Shown piece by piece: positions 11,211 through 22,833 of a stretch of 64,000 nucleotides of DNA. The stretch is from Malacoraja senta (taxonomy: Eukaryota). Under the pieces are notes generated by a model. The model was not told the origin of the DNA. It saw only the letters and a program-made list of their open reading frames with translations, and made no database searches. Positions within the stretch are counted from its first letter, which is position 1. The number at the start of each line of letters is the position of its first letter. Location: contig CM075993.1 in assembly GCA_038087875.1 (NCBI GenBank), positions 2,792,001 to 2,856,000 of the forward strand, given 5' to 3'. Position numbers and translations under genes: made by a program.

Positions 11211-11500
11211 AGGGGTCGGCCACTTGGGACTGAGATGAGGAAACACTTTTTCACCCAGAGAGTTGTGAATTTGAGGAATTCTCTGCCACAGAAGGCAGTG
11301 GAGGCCAATTCACTGGATGTTTTCAAGAGAGAGTTATATTTAGCTCTTAGGGCTAACGGAATCAAGGGATATGGGGAGAAAGCAGGAACGGGGTACTGAT
11401 TTAGGATGATCAGCCATGATCGTATTGAATGGGGGTGCTGGCTCGAAGGGCCGAATGGCCTACTCCTGCGCCTTTTTTTCCACACATTTCCATGTTTCTA
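11211..11500 (+). mobile_element. CR1 LINE 3' fragment
   Basis: TEMRKHFFTQRVVNLRNSLPQKAVEANSLDVFKREL...GTGY*. Confidence 0.9.
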
Positions 11501-12622
11501 AATCCTGTTATCCCACAAATGATGGAAAAACGCTCCCAATAACCTGGCTCCCGTCGCTGAGCGGTTGTCATGGAGCTGTTTAAGTTTTGAACGGGGGAAT
11601 ATAGATGATGATCCCGTTGCCATGGAGGATTAGTCCAATCGGAGCAACACGACAATGAGAAAAGCTCTGGGCGTGAGTCCTGCAGAGAATTTCAATGAAC
11701 AATACACACCTTTCACATCTTGTGATCAGATTTCACATTATCCCGGTTAAAATTAATTCAACTAAACACAACTACAGACTGGTAACAATGTGTGAGGTTC
11801 GCCAATTTAAAAAAAAAATCGGGGATGTGTTGAAAATGCACCTTAGGGATAATTAGACTGCATCACATCATCCCCATTAGTTCCAGTCTGATTTAACTGC
11901 TGTAAGTATGCATTGAAGATGGCCACAACCACAGCAAAGTTCGGACGGCTGAGAGGTGATCTCGTTAAAAACGACATGATTCTGGGTGTGATGAAGGGTC
12001 TCGACCCGAAACATCGCCCATTCCTTCTCTCCAGAGATGCTGCCTGCCTGGCCCGCTGAGTTACTCCAGCATTTTTGCGTCTATTTTCAACTAATACTTC
12101 TACGTCCCTGAAGATAAAAGAGGCAGGCCATTGTTGGCTGTGGGCTCGGTGAAAACGGGTTGCACACAGTGAGACTCAGCGGGTCTGAAGAAGGGTCTTG
12201 ACACAAAAACGTCACCCATTCCTTCTCTCCAGAGATGCTGCCTGCCTGGCCCGCTGAGTTGCTCCAGCTTTTTGTGTCTATCTTCTGAGATTGTGAGCAG
12301 GATAAGCAAGAAAAAATCCTAATCTTGCCCACATCCGGTGATGAAACATTGAGTATTTCCAGCATTTATTCATTTTTTTAATCTCTGCTTTCAATTTAGG
12401 TGCCCAGCAATTATCTTTAGTTTCATCTTCATCAAGCAAGCTAACGCTTAATTATCGAGATCTGCTCAGGAAAGGTCTTGCTTGTGGAAGGGATGACTCA
12501 CCACACTTACTCGAGGGGGAATTAGAGACATTCCTGCCAATGCTCTGACCCCGTAAAATTAATATAACTCATAAAAAACCTTCTGTTACAAAATGCTGGA
12601 GTAACTCAGCGGGACAGGCAGT

Positions 12623-12650
12623 CTGAAGAAGGGTCTCGACCCGAAACGTC
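12623..12650 (+). ncRNA. Minimal type I hammerhead ribozyme motif (PLE)
   Basis: CTGAAGA A GGGT CTCG ACCC GAAAC GTC; predicted cleavage after GTC (12650). Confidence 0.7.
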
Positions 12651-12944
12651 ACCCATTCCTTTTCTCCAGAGATGCTGCCTGACCCGCTGAGTTACTCCAG
12701 CTTTTCATATGTGCCTACAACAGGATCTATTTTAACTTCCCGCGATGGGTGGTGAATTAGCAAGGCCTTCCCTGAGCTGTTTGCGTTAATTAAATGCCAG
12801 CTTGCTCTTAGCTTCTTTGGTGCATTTCATCGTTGTGTGTCCAAACCGTCCAAGAGTGGATTTAGCATTTGTCAAGGAAATTTAAGTGTTTATGGTTGAA
12901 TTTAAATAACAGCAATCCTTTAGAGCTGAGAGTAGGAATTTATT

Positions 12945-13811
12945 CCTCAATATCCCGCAGCTCCGTTCTTGCTCCCCCCCCCCTCGTAACAAGGACAGAG
13001 ACCCCCTTGTCCACACCTTCCACCCATCAGCCATCGTATACAGCATATAATCCTCCAATATTTTCGCCACCTCCAACGGGATCCCACTACTGGCCACATC
13101 TTCCCATCTCCACCCCTTTTTGCTTTCCGCAGAGACCGTTTCCTCCACAACTCCCTGGTCTACTCGTCCCTTCCCACCCAAACCACCCCCTCCCCAGGTA
13201 CTTTCCCCTGCAACACCTGTCCCTTTACCTCCCCCATCGACTCCATCCAAGGACCCCGACAGTCTTTCCAGGTGAGGCAGAGGCTCACTTACACCTCCTC
13301 CAACCTCATCTACTCTATCCGCTGTTCCAGGTGTCAACTTCAGTACATCGGCGAGACCAAGCGCAGGCTCGGCGATCGTTTCGCTGAACACCTCCGCTCA
13401 GTCCGCCTTAACCTACCTGATCTCCCGGTGGCCCAACACTTCAACTCCCCCTCCCATTCCCAATCTGACCTTTCTGTCCTGGGCCTCCCCCGTTGTCAGA
13501 GTGAGGCCCAGCGCAAATTGGAGGAACAGCACCTCATATTTTGCTTGGGCAGCTTACACCCCAGCGGTATGAACATTGACTTCTATAACTTCAAGTAACC
13601 CTTGCTTTCTCTCTCTCTCCATCCCCTCCCCCTTCCCAGTTCTCCCACCAGTCTCACTGTCTCCAACTAGATTGTATCTCTGTCTGAACATCAGTCTGAA
13701 GAAGGGTCTCGACCCAAAACTTCTCCAGAGAAGCTGCCTGTCCCGCTGAGTTACTCCAGCATTTTGTGTCTACCTTTGATATGAACCAGCATCTGCAGTT
13801 CTTTCCTACAC
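12945..13811 (+). mobile_element. Penelope-like retroelement, 5'-truncated, with GIY-YIG endonuclease region
   Basis: ORF remnant (below) plus 3' repeat with degenerate hammerhead; 14-bp TSD AGTAGGAATTTATT at 12931-12944 and 13812-13825. Confidence 0.9.
13272..13598 (+). pseudogene. GIY-YIG endonuclease domain of a Penelope-like polyprotein (fragment)
   Basis: NLIYSIRCSRCQLQYIGETKRRLGDRFAEH...VAQHFN...RKLEEQHLIFCLGSLHPSGMNIDF contains the xIY-YIG motif with CxxC and the conserved R, H, E and N residues. Confidence 0.85.
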
Positions 13812-14364
13812 AGTAGGAATTTATTTATATAATATATAACATAGAGCAGAGGAAAAAATCAGACATTCGGGAAGTTTGAAATATATTGATCAAAGATAAA
13901 AAGTGATATCTTTAATGTCAACAATCAAACTATGGTATCCTGGTCACAAACTTTCAGAAGGAAATTTTCCTCCTTGTTTCTTCTGATCAACGTCTCACGA
14001 AACCCATCAAAGTGATTGACTTTTAAATGCCTTCTCAGTTCAAGAGTAAAGAGTCAAGAGTCAGCAACAAAATTCTTACTTGCAGGAGTAAACACAACCC
14101 ACTTGGCTAATATGCAATAAACTCTATGGCTCAATGAGAGTGGGCCTGTACTCGCTGGAGTTTAGAAGGATGAGTGGGCACCTCATTGAAACTGACCGAA
14201 CAGTGAAAGACCCGGATGGAGTGGATGTGGAGAGGATGTTTCCACTAGTGGGAGAGTCTAGGACCAGAGGTCACAGCCTCAGAATAAATGGACGTACCTT
14301 TAGAAAGGAGATGAGGAGAAATTTATTTAGTCAGAGGGTGGGCCGAAGTGTCTTTTTGCACCAA

Positions 14365-14715
14365 AGATAGACACAAAATGCTGGGGTAACTCAGCGGGCC
14401 AGGCAGCATCTCTGGAGAGAAGGAATGGGTGACGTTTTGGGTCGGGACCCTTCTTCAGACTGATGTCAGGGGTGAGAGAGATACGTAGATAAGAAAGTGT
14501 AAGGTGTGAACATGGGACCAAGGGAATGGAGATCAAGGAAAATTTAGAGTAGATCATTGTTAGCTGGGAGTAGATGGTGAAGGCGTGGTCGTAGCTTCGA
14601 AGAGTAGGAGGAATCACAGAGAGGGAGAAGCGAGAGAGGATGTTGAAGAACTCTCGTCGGAGAGAGGAGGAGAACTTCTTCAAAGTTGACATATCTTGAG
14701 GAGATTTCGCAGTGT
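14365..14715 (-). mobile_element. Penelope-like fragment (internally deleted)
   Basis: PLE 3' repeat on the minus strand joined to GAGAGAGGAGGAGAACTTCTTCAA...GAGGAGATTTCGCAGTG, also seen at ~53200-53256. Confidence 0.65.
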
Positions 14716-14749
14716 ATCTCCACGGTCTAGTGGATGTTAGTACCTGCAC

Positions 14750-14827
14750 TGATGTAAAGCACTTTGGTCAACGAGAGTTGTTTTTAAATGTGCTATAGAA
14801 ATAAAATTGATTTGATTTGACTTGACT
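14750..14827 (+). mobile_element. L2-type 3' tail
   Basis: TGTAAAGCACTTTG...AAATGTGCTATAGAAATAAA followed by (TTGAT/TTGAC)n. Confidence 0.55.
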
Positions 14828-15004
14828 AGTGTCCTACTGCACATGTTCATATGTAGAAAATAGGAACTGCAGATGCTGGTTTACACAAAAAGACAGAAAG
14901 TGCTGGAGTAACTCAGTGAGTCAAGCAGCATCGCTGGAAAACGTGGGTAGGTGACGTTTCAGGATGGAAGAAGGATCTCGACCCAAAATGTCACATTCCT
15001 TCAT

Positions 15005-15430
15005 ATTGTCACCTTGTCGTGGTGGAGAAGCTTGTGTGGTCCTGAGATCCTGAGAGCGATGCCGTCTGGGGCGATGCTCCTGGTAGGGCCACCCATGGCG
15101 GTAAGGACGAGGGGGAGGTCTGGTCTCTGACAAAGAGCAATCCAACCAAGACCTCAACGGTGGAACATGGGGAGGACGATGGCTGACCTTAGTGGAGCGT
15201 CACAACCGCTTGGAAGGCGGGTGAAGGCTGCAGCAGAAAAGGGTCTCCGGTGGTCTTGGACTCCATGCCACTGGATCCTGACCCAGATCTGTCAAGGACC
15301 GTGGGGTGGCTGTCTGTCTCAGTCTCCCTACGTTAAACAAAGTCACGCACATGCGTCCTCCATAGAGGGAATAGCACCCTGGAGACACCCATGGTCAGCC
15401 ATGATCGAAGGGGGGCCTAAGAAAGATTGA
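15005..15430 (+). mobile_element. RTE-clade 5'-UTR-derived non-autonomous element
   Basis: Starts with the RTE-type head CACCTTGTCGTGGTGGAGAAGCTTG...GGGCCACCCATGGC...GACAAAGAGC; a second copy of near-equal extent is at 54356-54786 (-). Confidence 0.7.
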
Positions 15431-15606
15431 ATCCGTCATATATATATATATATAGCAAAGTAAATATGGGCACTACATACAACATAGAACAGTGCGGCAT
15501 TACTCTTACAGGCCTTCGCAAACTGAATGTGGTGATTGTGTTTCACTTAGTTGAGGAGTCTAGAACAAGAAGTGACACTCTCAAAACCAAGGCAAGGTTA
15601 TTTAGA

Positions 15607-15933
15607 AGGTACACAAAAATGCTGGAGAAACTCAGCGGGTGCAGCAGCATCTATGGAGCGAAGGAAATAGGCAACGTTTCGGCCCGAAACCCTTCTTCTA
15701 TGGAGCAAAGGAAATAGGCAACGTTTCGGCCCGAAACCCTTCTTCTATGGAGCAAAGGAAATAGGCAACGTTTCGGCCCGAAACCCTTCTTCTATGGAGC
15801 GAAGGAAATAGGCAACGTTTCGTCCCGAAACGTTGCCTATTTCCTTCGCTCCATAGATGCTGCTGCACCCGCTGAGTTTCTCCAGCATTTTTGTGTACCT
15901 TCGATTTTCCAGCATCTGCAGTTCCTTCTCAAA
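15607..15933. mobile_element. Penelope-like fold-back element with tandem sub-repeats
   Basis: Inverted arms with four GGAAATAGGCAACGTTTCG units; 14-bp TSD CAAGGTTATTTAGA at 15593-15606 and 15934-15947; inserted in an old CR1 fragment. Confidence 0.85.
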
Positions 15934-16647
15934 CAAGGTTATTTAGAGCTGAGATGAGGAGAAATCTGCTCACTCAGAGGGTGGTAAAGTTTTGGAATTT
16001 TCTACCACATGGGGTTCTCCTTGAATACATTTAAAACAGAGATCAAAGGAATCAATGGGCATGGGAGCACAGCTGGAAATTGGCATTGAGTGGAAGATTA
16101 GCTATGACCTTGTCACAAGGTGGACCGTGACCCTGGAGGTCCACTCCTGGAGTACTTTGCCCATTCTTATGCTCATTCTTTTGCCTTCAGTTGCCTTTGT
16201 AACACAAGGATGTGTCACACTACTCTGATGTCTTGTAACGCATGCATATATATATATATATATATGGTACTGTACAATGCGGATCTTCAGAAGACCACCA
16301 CAGATTAATATAATTCCAGACTGCTCTGAAAGCAAAGCACAGCGGGGATGTCCTTGAATGAGAGAATGAATATTAACTTAGCAATGGGAATCTGTATCTT
16401 GTTCCACCAAACACTCTGTATTTTCTGCCTTCCCACCCCCCCCCCCAAATCAAACCTGTCATAGAGCCATAGGGTCACGAAGAAAGGAAGCAGGCCCTTC
16501 GGCCCAACTTGCCCACGCTGACCGACTGTGTTCCGAAAAGCATTATGTTAAAAAAAAATGGATGCAGTCCCCATGTGAAATTGTGCAGTTCAATATTTGA
16601 AAGGAGTAGATTGGGTAAATTTACACAGCTGATCAAGGGGTGGTATA

Positions 16648-17048
16648 ATAGGATGAGGGGGGATCTTATAGAAACATATAAAATTATAAAAGGACTGGAC
16701 AAGCTAGATGCAGGAAAAATTTTCCCAATGTCGGGCAGGTCCAGAACCAGGGGCCACAGTCTTAGAATAAAGGGGAGGTCATTTAGGACTGAGGTGAGAA
16801 AAAACTTTTTGACCCAGAGAGTTGTGAATTTGTGGAATTCCCTGCCACAGAGGGCAGTGGAGGCCAAATCACTGGATGGATTTAAGAGAGAGTTAGATAG
16901 AGCTCTAGGGGCTAGTGGAATCAAGGGATATGGGGAGAAGGCAGGCACGGGGTACTGATTGGGGACGATCAGCCATGATCACAATGAATGGCGGTGCTGT
17001 CTCGAAGGGCCGAATGGCCTCCTCCAGCACCTATTTTCTGTTTCTATG
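16648..17048 (+). mobile_element. CR1 LINE 3' fragment
   Basis: RMRGDLIETYKIIKGLDKLDAGKIFP...GTGY*. Confidence 0.9.
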
Positions 17049-18773
17049 CAACCTCCAATACAATCACTTCAACAAAGCTTGGGATTATATGGTAAAAAAA
17101 GGAGAGCGGGCTGTAATTTAGAATTTTCATTTATTCCTGGGTAAAGATAAGAAATTGAAAAGAAATCATTTCGCCACTGACACTATCTTTTCATTTTGCT
17201 CCATGGCCTTCTCTCTCTGACAGTGAATCCCAGGACCAGGCATTGGAGGTGTGAGAGTCTTGTATCTCCCTGCGTCCGGAAGGCCCACAATGGTTCATTG
17301 ATCGACCCACACGAAGCCATGGTCAACAAACACTTTCACGGTTCATTCATTGCTAATGCACAAGTGGAGCGCAGAAATGAAATGGCCCGTCATTATAAAT
17401 GTCAGCGGTGTCTTCTATGGAATGAGATATTAAGCCGTGGCAGAGAGGACTGACGACCAGAGACCCGTGCTGAGAGGTCGATGCAAACTGTACCACGTCA
17501 GTTTTTAAAGAGCAAAGGTTAAATGCGCAGTAGGGAACTGCAGATGCTGATTTAAACCGAAGACAGACACAAAAATAATAGCAGTGTGAATGACCGGGCT
17601 GTGTGTATGTGGCTGGTCTTGGTATAATATCACTAAAGAGGATGGTTTCGAAGATAGACACAAAAAAAGCTGGAGTAACTCAGCAGGCCAGGCAGCATCT
17701 CTGGAGAGAAGGAATGGGTGACGTTTCAGGCCGATGCTTCTTTGAATAAATGTGCTTTAGATTTGAGATACAGCGTGGAAACAGGCCCTTCGGCCCATCG
17801 GGTCCACGGCGACAAGCAATCTCCCATACGCTAGTCCTCTGCTGGGAACAATTTACAGAAGCCAGCTTGTCTGTGGAATTCTCTGCCTCTGAGGGCGGTG
17901 GAGGCCACTTCTCTGGATGCTTTCAAGAGAGAGTTAGATAGGGGTCTTAAAGATAGCGGAGTCAGGGGATATGGGGAGAAGGCAGGAACGGGGTACTAAT
18001 TGGGGATGATCTGCCGTGATCACATTGAATGGCGGTGCTGGCTCGAAGGGCCAAATGGCCTACTCCTGCATCTATTGTCTATTGTCTATTGTCTTTGGAG
18101 TGTGGGAGGAAACCGGAGCACCCATAGAAAATCCACGCAGGTCACGGGGAGGACGTACAAACTCCGTACAGACAAGCACCCGTGGTCAGGATCGAACCCG
18201 GGTCTCTGGCGCTGCGAGGCAGCAACTCTACCGGTACGCCACCGTGCCGCCCACAGTGAGCCCAAGAGACTCCGTGGTGTCCAGGCCAATAGTCAACCTT
18301 CAACCTGCGCGACTGAGGAGACTACTCCCAACGACCACGGGCGAACGTGTGCCGACCAACTAGTCCCCTGTAGTTGCCTAAAAAAAAATCGCCTAAGTGG
18401 GACAGGCCCGTTACATTCACTTACTACTTCACAGGAAAGTACCAGGAATAATACAACGTTCCGCAAACACCGGGCTGCAGCCTCTCTTACTCACAGTTAT
18501 GAGTCTGGGAGACCACTGCTGCTCTTCACAATAATAAATCTCCGTTGCCATGACAAACTCCAATTACGATAAAGAAACACTGAGATCTTGGCAGCGGGAA
18601 TTTTTTTTTTTTTTTTTTCTAAATTGCCATAAACAATAGACAAGTTAGTGATATCTGCTGCCACCAAACTGCCCCTCAATAGTAATGCCTCCTTATCTTG
18701 CTCCCTGCTGTTATTCTGGCTGATGACACCGATGTACAAACACAGAGAGTGAATGTCAGTTGAGACAGGGCGA

Positions 18774-19435
18774 TAGAAACACAGAAACACAGAAAATAGG
18801 CGCAGGAGTAGGCCATTTGGCCCTTCGAGCCAGCACCGCCATTCAATACGATCATGGCCGATCATCCAAATCGTTCCTGCTTTCTCCCCATATCCCTTGA
18901 TTTTGTTAGCCCTAAGAGCTATACCTCATCGGCCTGTCCCACTTAGGCGATATTTTGGGCGAGTACAGGCGACTGGCGCAAGATTTTCAACATGTTGACA
19001 ATTTTTGCTGTTGTAGGTGAATTCCATTAAAACTAGTCCCTGGCAGTTGCCTGAAGAGTCACCTAAGTGGGACTGGCCCATCACTCTCTTATGAAAACAT
19101 CCAGTCAATTGGCCTCCACTGCCTTCTGTGGCAGAAAATTCCACAGATTCACAACTCCCTGGGTGAAAAAGTTTTTCCTCATCTCAGTCCTAAATGGCCT
19201 ACTCCTTATTCTTAAACTGGGACCCCTGGTTCTGGACTCCTCCAACATAGGGAACATATTTTCTGCATCTAGCCTGCCCAATCCCTTATGATTTTTATAT
19301 GTTTCTATAAGATCCCATCTCATCTAAATTCCAGTGATTATAAGCCCAATGGATCCATTCTTTCATCTTATGTCAGTCCCGCCATCCTGGGAATTAACCC
19401 AGTGAACCTACGCTGCACTCCCACAATAGCAAGAA
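18774..19435 (-). mobile_element. CR1 LINE 3' fragment interrupted by a MITE
   Basis: Minus-strand MRWDLIETYK...FFTQGVVNLWNFLPQKAVEAN and 3' UTR. Confidence 0.85.
18929..19080. mobile_element. PIF/Harbinger-type MITE (152 bp)
   Basis: TIRs TCGGCCTGTCCCACTTAGGCGA / TCACCTAAGTGGGACTGGCCCA; TSD TCA at 18926-18928 and 19081-19083. A related right end stops at 18410, followed by TTA. Confidence 0.75.
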
Positions 19436-20214
19436 TATTGAGCTATCTGAGAGGATTGTGACAAAGATTACTACCTTGTCTTTATCAAACTGCAATTCAA
19501 GGGGATTTGACAAACACAAGATAGACACAAAATGCTGGAGTAACTCAGCGGGACAGGCAGCATCTCTGGAGAGAAGGAATGGGTGACGTTTCGGGTCGAG
19601 ACCTTATTTCACATATTGGATAGCTGTGTTTTAGTTTAAATGATGGAAGATTCTTTGCAAAAATCCTTCATTGGCTGTGAAGCGCTTGGGAAAGGGGATG
19701 GGAAAGGCGCTACAGAAATGCAATGCTTCATTTATGTTTTCGAATATATTGGAATTTTGACCCTGGTTTCTTTTGAGTAGGACTGACCGATCAGTCGTGC
19801 CGTCCTTGCAGGTTATATATTCTCTTTACACATGAGTGCTATTGAATAGAGTTGTAACTCCTGCTTCATCAGCTAGCGGCTGATGCCATTTGTCAATTTT
19901 TTTTATTTTAATAAAGAGAGCATTGAAAAATATTTGGTGCCACTAAATTAAATCAGAGCCCTGCGCCTAAAAGTGTTTCCTCACGATTTTTGTTCTCTGT
20001 TCTAAATGTCTCAATGATTGGTCTTATAATATAGAGAGCTGTGTTTTTAACAGTCGAATACATTAAAGGCTGCAATAACATTTCAACAGATTGATATGTA
20101 ATTACTGCACTAGCCTCGTTAGAGCGCACTCTGATTCATTCCTTACTGCCTCTTCATTTGTACGGCAACGAGACTGAGCACACTCTCCCTGTGACATGTC
20201 TCATCCTCATCTGA

Positions 20215-20660
20215 TAAAATCATGAGAGGAATAGATCGGGTAGATGCACAGAGTCTCTTGCCCAGAGTAGGGGAATCGAGGACCAGAGGACATAGGATTA
20301 AGGTGAAGGGGAAAAGATTTAATAGGAACCTTTTCACACAGAGGGTGGTGGGTGAATGGAACGAGCTGCCAGAGGAGGTGGTTCAGGCTGGGACTATCCC
20401 AACGTTTAAGAAACAGTTTGACAGGTACATGGTAGGTAGACAAAAATGCTGGAGAAACTCAGCGGGTGAAGCAGCATCTATGGAGCGAAGGAAATAGGCA
20501 ACGTTTCGGGCCGAAACCCTTCTTCAGACAGGTACATGGATAGGACAGGTTTGGAGGGATAAGGACCAAACGCGGGCAAGTGGGATTAGTGTAGCTGGGA
20601 CATGTTGGCCGGTGTGGGCGAGTTGGGCCTGTTTCCACACTGTATCACTCTATGACTGTG
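20215..20660 (+). mobile_element. CR1 3' fragment with nested PLE piece (20433-20526)
   Basis: MRGIDRVDAQSLLPRVGESRTRGH...; nested PLE flanked by 13-bp TSD GACAGGTACATGG at 20420-20432 and 20527-20539. Confidence 0.85.
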
Positions 20661-20924
20661 TGGGTTTTCTCTGGGTGCTCAGGTTTCCTCCCACACTCTA
20701 AACACATCCAGGTTTGTAGGTTTGTTGGCTTCTGTAAATTGCAGGCTGTTTGACTTTGGTAAAATTATAAATTGTCCCTAGTGTATAGGATAGTGTTAGT
20801 GTCGGCACGGACTCGGTGGGCCGAAGGGCCTGTTTCCACACTGTATCTACCTACCATGTACCTGTCAAGTAAAACTAAAAGTCATGTCTTCTGAACAAGA
20901 GTTGGGTTAGTCATTGAGTTATGC

Positions 20925-21372
20925 CGCATGGAAACAGGCCCTTCGGCCCATCTAGCCCTTGCTGACCAAATGCCCCAACTACACTAGTCCCACCTGCCAG
21001 AGTTTAGCCCATATCACTCCAGACATTTATTTTGCATGTACCTGTCCAAGTGTCTTTTAAATGTTGTTACAGTACTTGGCTCAACTATCTCCCCTGGCCC
21101 TTTGTTGCATTTACCCACCACCCTCTGCTTGATAAAGTTGTCCTTCATGTTTGTATTCAATCTGTCCACTCTTACCTTAAACCTCTGTCCCCTGGTTCTT
21201 GATTCCCCTACTCTGGGTAAAAGATTCAGTGCATTCTCCCTAGCTATTCCCCTTATGATTCTATACGCCTCTATAAAATCACCCCTTCATCCTCCTACGC
21301 TCCAAGGAATAAAGTTGTAAGCTGCCCAACCTCTCCCTGTAGTTCAGGCCCTTGAGTCCTGGCAACATCCTC
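20925..21372 (-). mobile_element. CR1 LINE 3' fragment (diverged)
   Basis: Reverse-complement homology to 4857-5302. Confidence 0.75.
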
Positions 21373-21404
21373 ATTAATTGATTCATGAACAACTCAGTCA
21401 CATT

Positions 21405-21830
21405 CAGCGCAACTTGGAGGAACAGCAACTCACCTTTCGCTTGGGCAGCTTACACCCCAGCGGTATGAACATTGACTTCTCCAACTTCAAGTAACCCTTG
21501 CTTTCCCTCTCTCTCCATCCCTCGCCCTTCCCAGTTCTCCGACCAGTCTGACTGTCCATGACTACATTTTATCTCTGTTCGCTTTGTGGTCACCTTAGTG
21601 ATCTCTTCTACATCCTCCTTGAACTTCATCCCTTTTGATGTCTTGTTTTCACACCTTACCCTTCCTTATCTCGTGTGTCTCCCTCTCCCCTGACCCTCAG
21701 TCTGAAGAAGGGTCTCGACCCGAAACGTCACCCGTTCCTTCTCTCCAAGGATGCTGCCCGTCCCGCTGAGTTACTCCAGCATTTTGTGTCTGTCTTTGGT
21801 TTAAACCAGCATCTGCAGTTCCCTCCTACA
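21405..21830 (+). mobile_element. Penelope-like 3' end
   Basis: QRNLEEQQLTFRLGSLHPSGMNIDFSNFK* followed by the terminal repeat. Confidence 0.85.
21702..21729 (+). ncRNA. Minimal type I hammerhead ribozyme motif (PLE)
   Basis: CTGAAGA A GGGT CTCG ACCC GAAAC GTC, about 210 nt downstream of the PLE ORF stop. Confidence 0.7.
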
Positions 21831-22127
21831 GAGACTCATTGGACAGGAACGGCCACAAGCTAAGGTCTAAATTACTTGAATTTGCTTTGATATTTTCAAT
21901 TGCTTTAAAGCATTTTTACTACTCATATTTTAAAATATTAACTTTAATTTTCATTAATCATAAGATGTGTTTGTACTTTAATTAGCTATAAATTATCCAT
22001 CGTGTCGGTGGGTGGGAGGTGAATCATGGGGCACTTAAGAGGCATGTGTTAGAGGGAGGAAAATGGGGGAATAGGACTAGTTGGATTGTTCTTTGGGCTG
22101 GCACTGACTTGATCAGCAGAATTGCCT

Positions 22128-22442
22128 TGTTTAGAGATACAGCGCGGAAACAGGCCCTTCGGCCCACCGGGTCCGCGCCGACCAGCGATCCCCACACACA
22201 CTAACACTATCCTACACACACTAGGGACAATTTACACTTATACCGAGCCAATTAACCCATAAACCTGCACATCTTTGGGGTGTGGGAGGAAACCAAAGAT
22301 CTCGGAGAAAACCCACACAGATCACGGGGAGAACGTACCAACTCCGTATAGACAAGCACCTGCAGTTGGGATCGAACCTGCGTCTCTGGCGCTCCAAGCG
22401 CTGTAAGGCAGCAACTCTACCGCTGCGCCACTATGCCGCCCT
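22128..22442 (-). mobile_element. HE1/V-SINE-like SINE, near full length
   Basis: Minus strand has A-box TGGCGCAGCGG, B-box GGTTCGATCCC, core and CR1-type tail. Confidence 0.85.
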
Positions 22443-22833
22443 TTTGTGTATCATCGCACGGGCATAAATAAGGTGAATAATGACTCTCTTGTCACCAGCA
22501 TAGGGGAACCGAGGGGTCTGTTTCCACACTGTGTCTCTCAACTCAACCAAACGAAACTAAAAATAAAACCTCGCTTATAACCTAACTTATAGTCTCCTGG
22601 GGTCTTCTTTACCAAGTTACTTTCCTAGTTTATTTCTGCCATGAGAACATTTGACAATGAATGAAAAATATGCAAATAAGTAATGATGATAAAGGCGAAA
22701 GGCCAATGTTAGCTGTGGGCTCGGTGAAAACGAGTCATAGACAATGAGACTCAACGTCGGAAGAAGGGTCTTGACACAAAACGTCACCCATTCCTTCTCT
22801 CCAGAGATGCTGCCTGGCCCGCTGAGTTACTCA

